A stretch of 63,956 nt of DNA, the filler included, from Octopus bimaculoides (Eukaryota), in the NCBI RefSeq assembly GCF_001194135.2. It is 6 parts of 4 records of this genome, joined end to end, with 100 filler letters (N's around TTAATTAATTAA, not from the genome) between each part and the next. Parts side by side here need not be neighbours in the genome. Positions count along the whole stretch, not along the records: positions 61,437 to 63,956 come from NC_068984.1; 5 more parts are not named here. One strand, 5' to 3'. Positions 63,098-63,956 of this stretch are shown here, piece after piece. Position numbers and translations under genes: made by a program. A model generated the notes under the pieces. That model was not told where the DNA came from, did no database searches, and worked only from the letters and a program-made list of their open reading frames with translations. Each line of letters begins with the position of its first letter. The stretch's first letter is position 1.

Positions 63098-63275
63098 TAG
63101 TTGAAATTTATTGAAAACCAAAAGACGAAGAAAGGTGTATGAACTACAAGCAGGTGTATTAGTTTGACGTTTGGGAAAGTGAGAAAGTCTTTTACGTTTC
63201 GAGCCTACGCTCTTCATCAGAAAGAAATAAGAGAAAATAAACAGAGAATGAATAAAAAAAACTTGTAGATTTAGT
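63098..63275 (-). mobile_element. Short hammerhead-bearing element, family D, copy 3
   Basis: Homologous to 12572-12770; abuts (TG)n. Confidence 0.85.
63188..63225 (-). ncRNA. Type-I minimal hammerhead ribozyme with a canonical core
   Basis: UCUUU-CUGAUGA-A-GAGC-GUAG-GCUC-GAA-ACGU-A-AAAGA: 5-bp stem I, 4-bp stem II, palindromic ACGU stem III, GUA triplet; predicted cut between 63193 and 63192. Confidence 0.8.
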
Positions 63276-63956
63276 GGGCGAGCATGATCGTTTTAGCAAT
63301 TGATAATCGAGTTCGATGTTTAGTCACAAATATTTTCGATGAGATTTGTCAAGGGCCGCTTCTTACTATTCGGAACTAAGAATACACAATGGCAATAGAA
63401 TAAGCATACACACGCATGAACGGAACTCTTTCACTCGCAGACATACACAATCTCACCTCTTTACGCTCGTGCAGATATCGAGATAAAAGGAAACGGATGG
63501 TATTCTGGGAAAGCGCGAGAGAATGTGACACTGAAGAGCATATCCGGTGTGTAGAACTATGTCTAATAAATCACATTTTTGGTCCTTAATGTATTGGAAT
63601 AACCCTTAAAACAAAACCAGAATGCACAAAACAGTTTGCGATTAAAGCATCATTAATTTTATTTAGTAGAATATTTTCCTCACCTCTTGTAATTCGTGTG
63701 TGGGTGTGTGTGTGTATGTGTGTGAGTGGTTGCATGTGTACTTGTGATCTTAGATTAGTGTGTGTTTTAATTGTGAGAGCGTTGTTATACATAAATAAGG
63801 ATTTTTATCTACTCGGGAAATTTACGATTTTCTTCAATAAAACAGATGTAGAATTAATGAGTTCAAAAGTGGATCACACTCACAAACTCACTCACTCACT
63901 CACTCGCTCACTCACTCACTCACTCACTCACTCTCACTCTCTCTCTCTCTCTCTCT

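Overview
Repeat-dense metazoan genomic DNA with many N gaps. The SINE families and the microsatellite load point to an Octopus (coleoid cephalopod) assembly; this is an inference. Only one host coding exon is recognisable: exon 1 of a CACNG/TARP (stargazin-like, claudin/PMP22 superfamily) gene on the minus strand at 11193-11397. Bases 1-11192 are therefore its intron 1, and about 52 kb upstream has no host exon I can identify. The rest is microsatellites, at least three tRNA-derived SINE families and decayed retroelements (RTE x3, CR1, CRE, R4/Dong-type RLE x3, Penelope-like x2, Ty3/Gypsy). There are also mariner remnants and several MITE/foldback elements. The most striking hidden signal is a set of minimal type-I hammerhead ribozyme (HHR) motifs in at least three distinct short-element families: 12661, 35233, 35506 and 63188; 24685 and 39102; 33913; with a degenerate cluster at about 3877. 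One family appears to combine a tRNA-like Pol III head, an (AAT)n tract and a hammerhead, and one copy of it hosts a foldback element encoding a 2A-like ExNPGP peptide. Nearly all other ORFs in the supplied track are microsatellite, gap or antisense artefacts.
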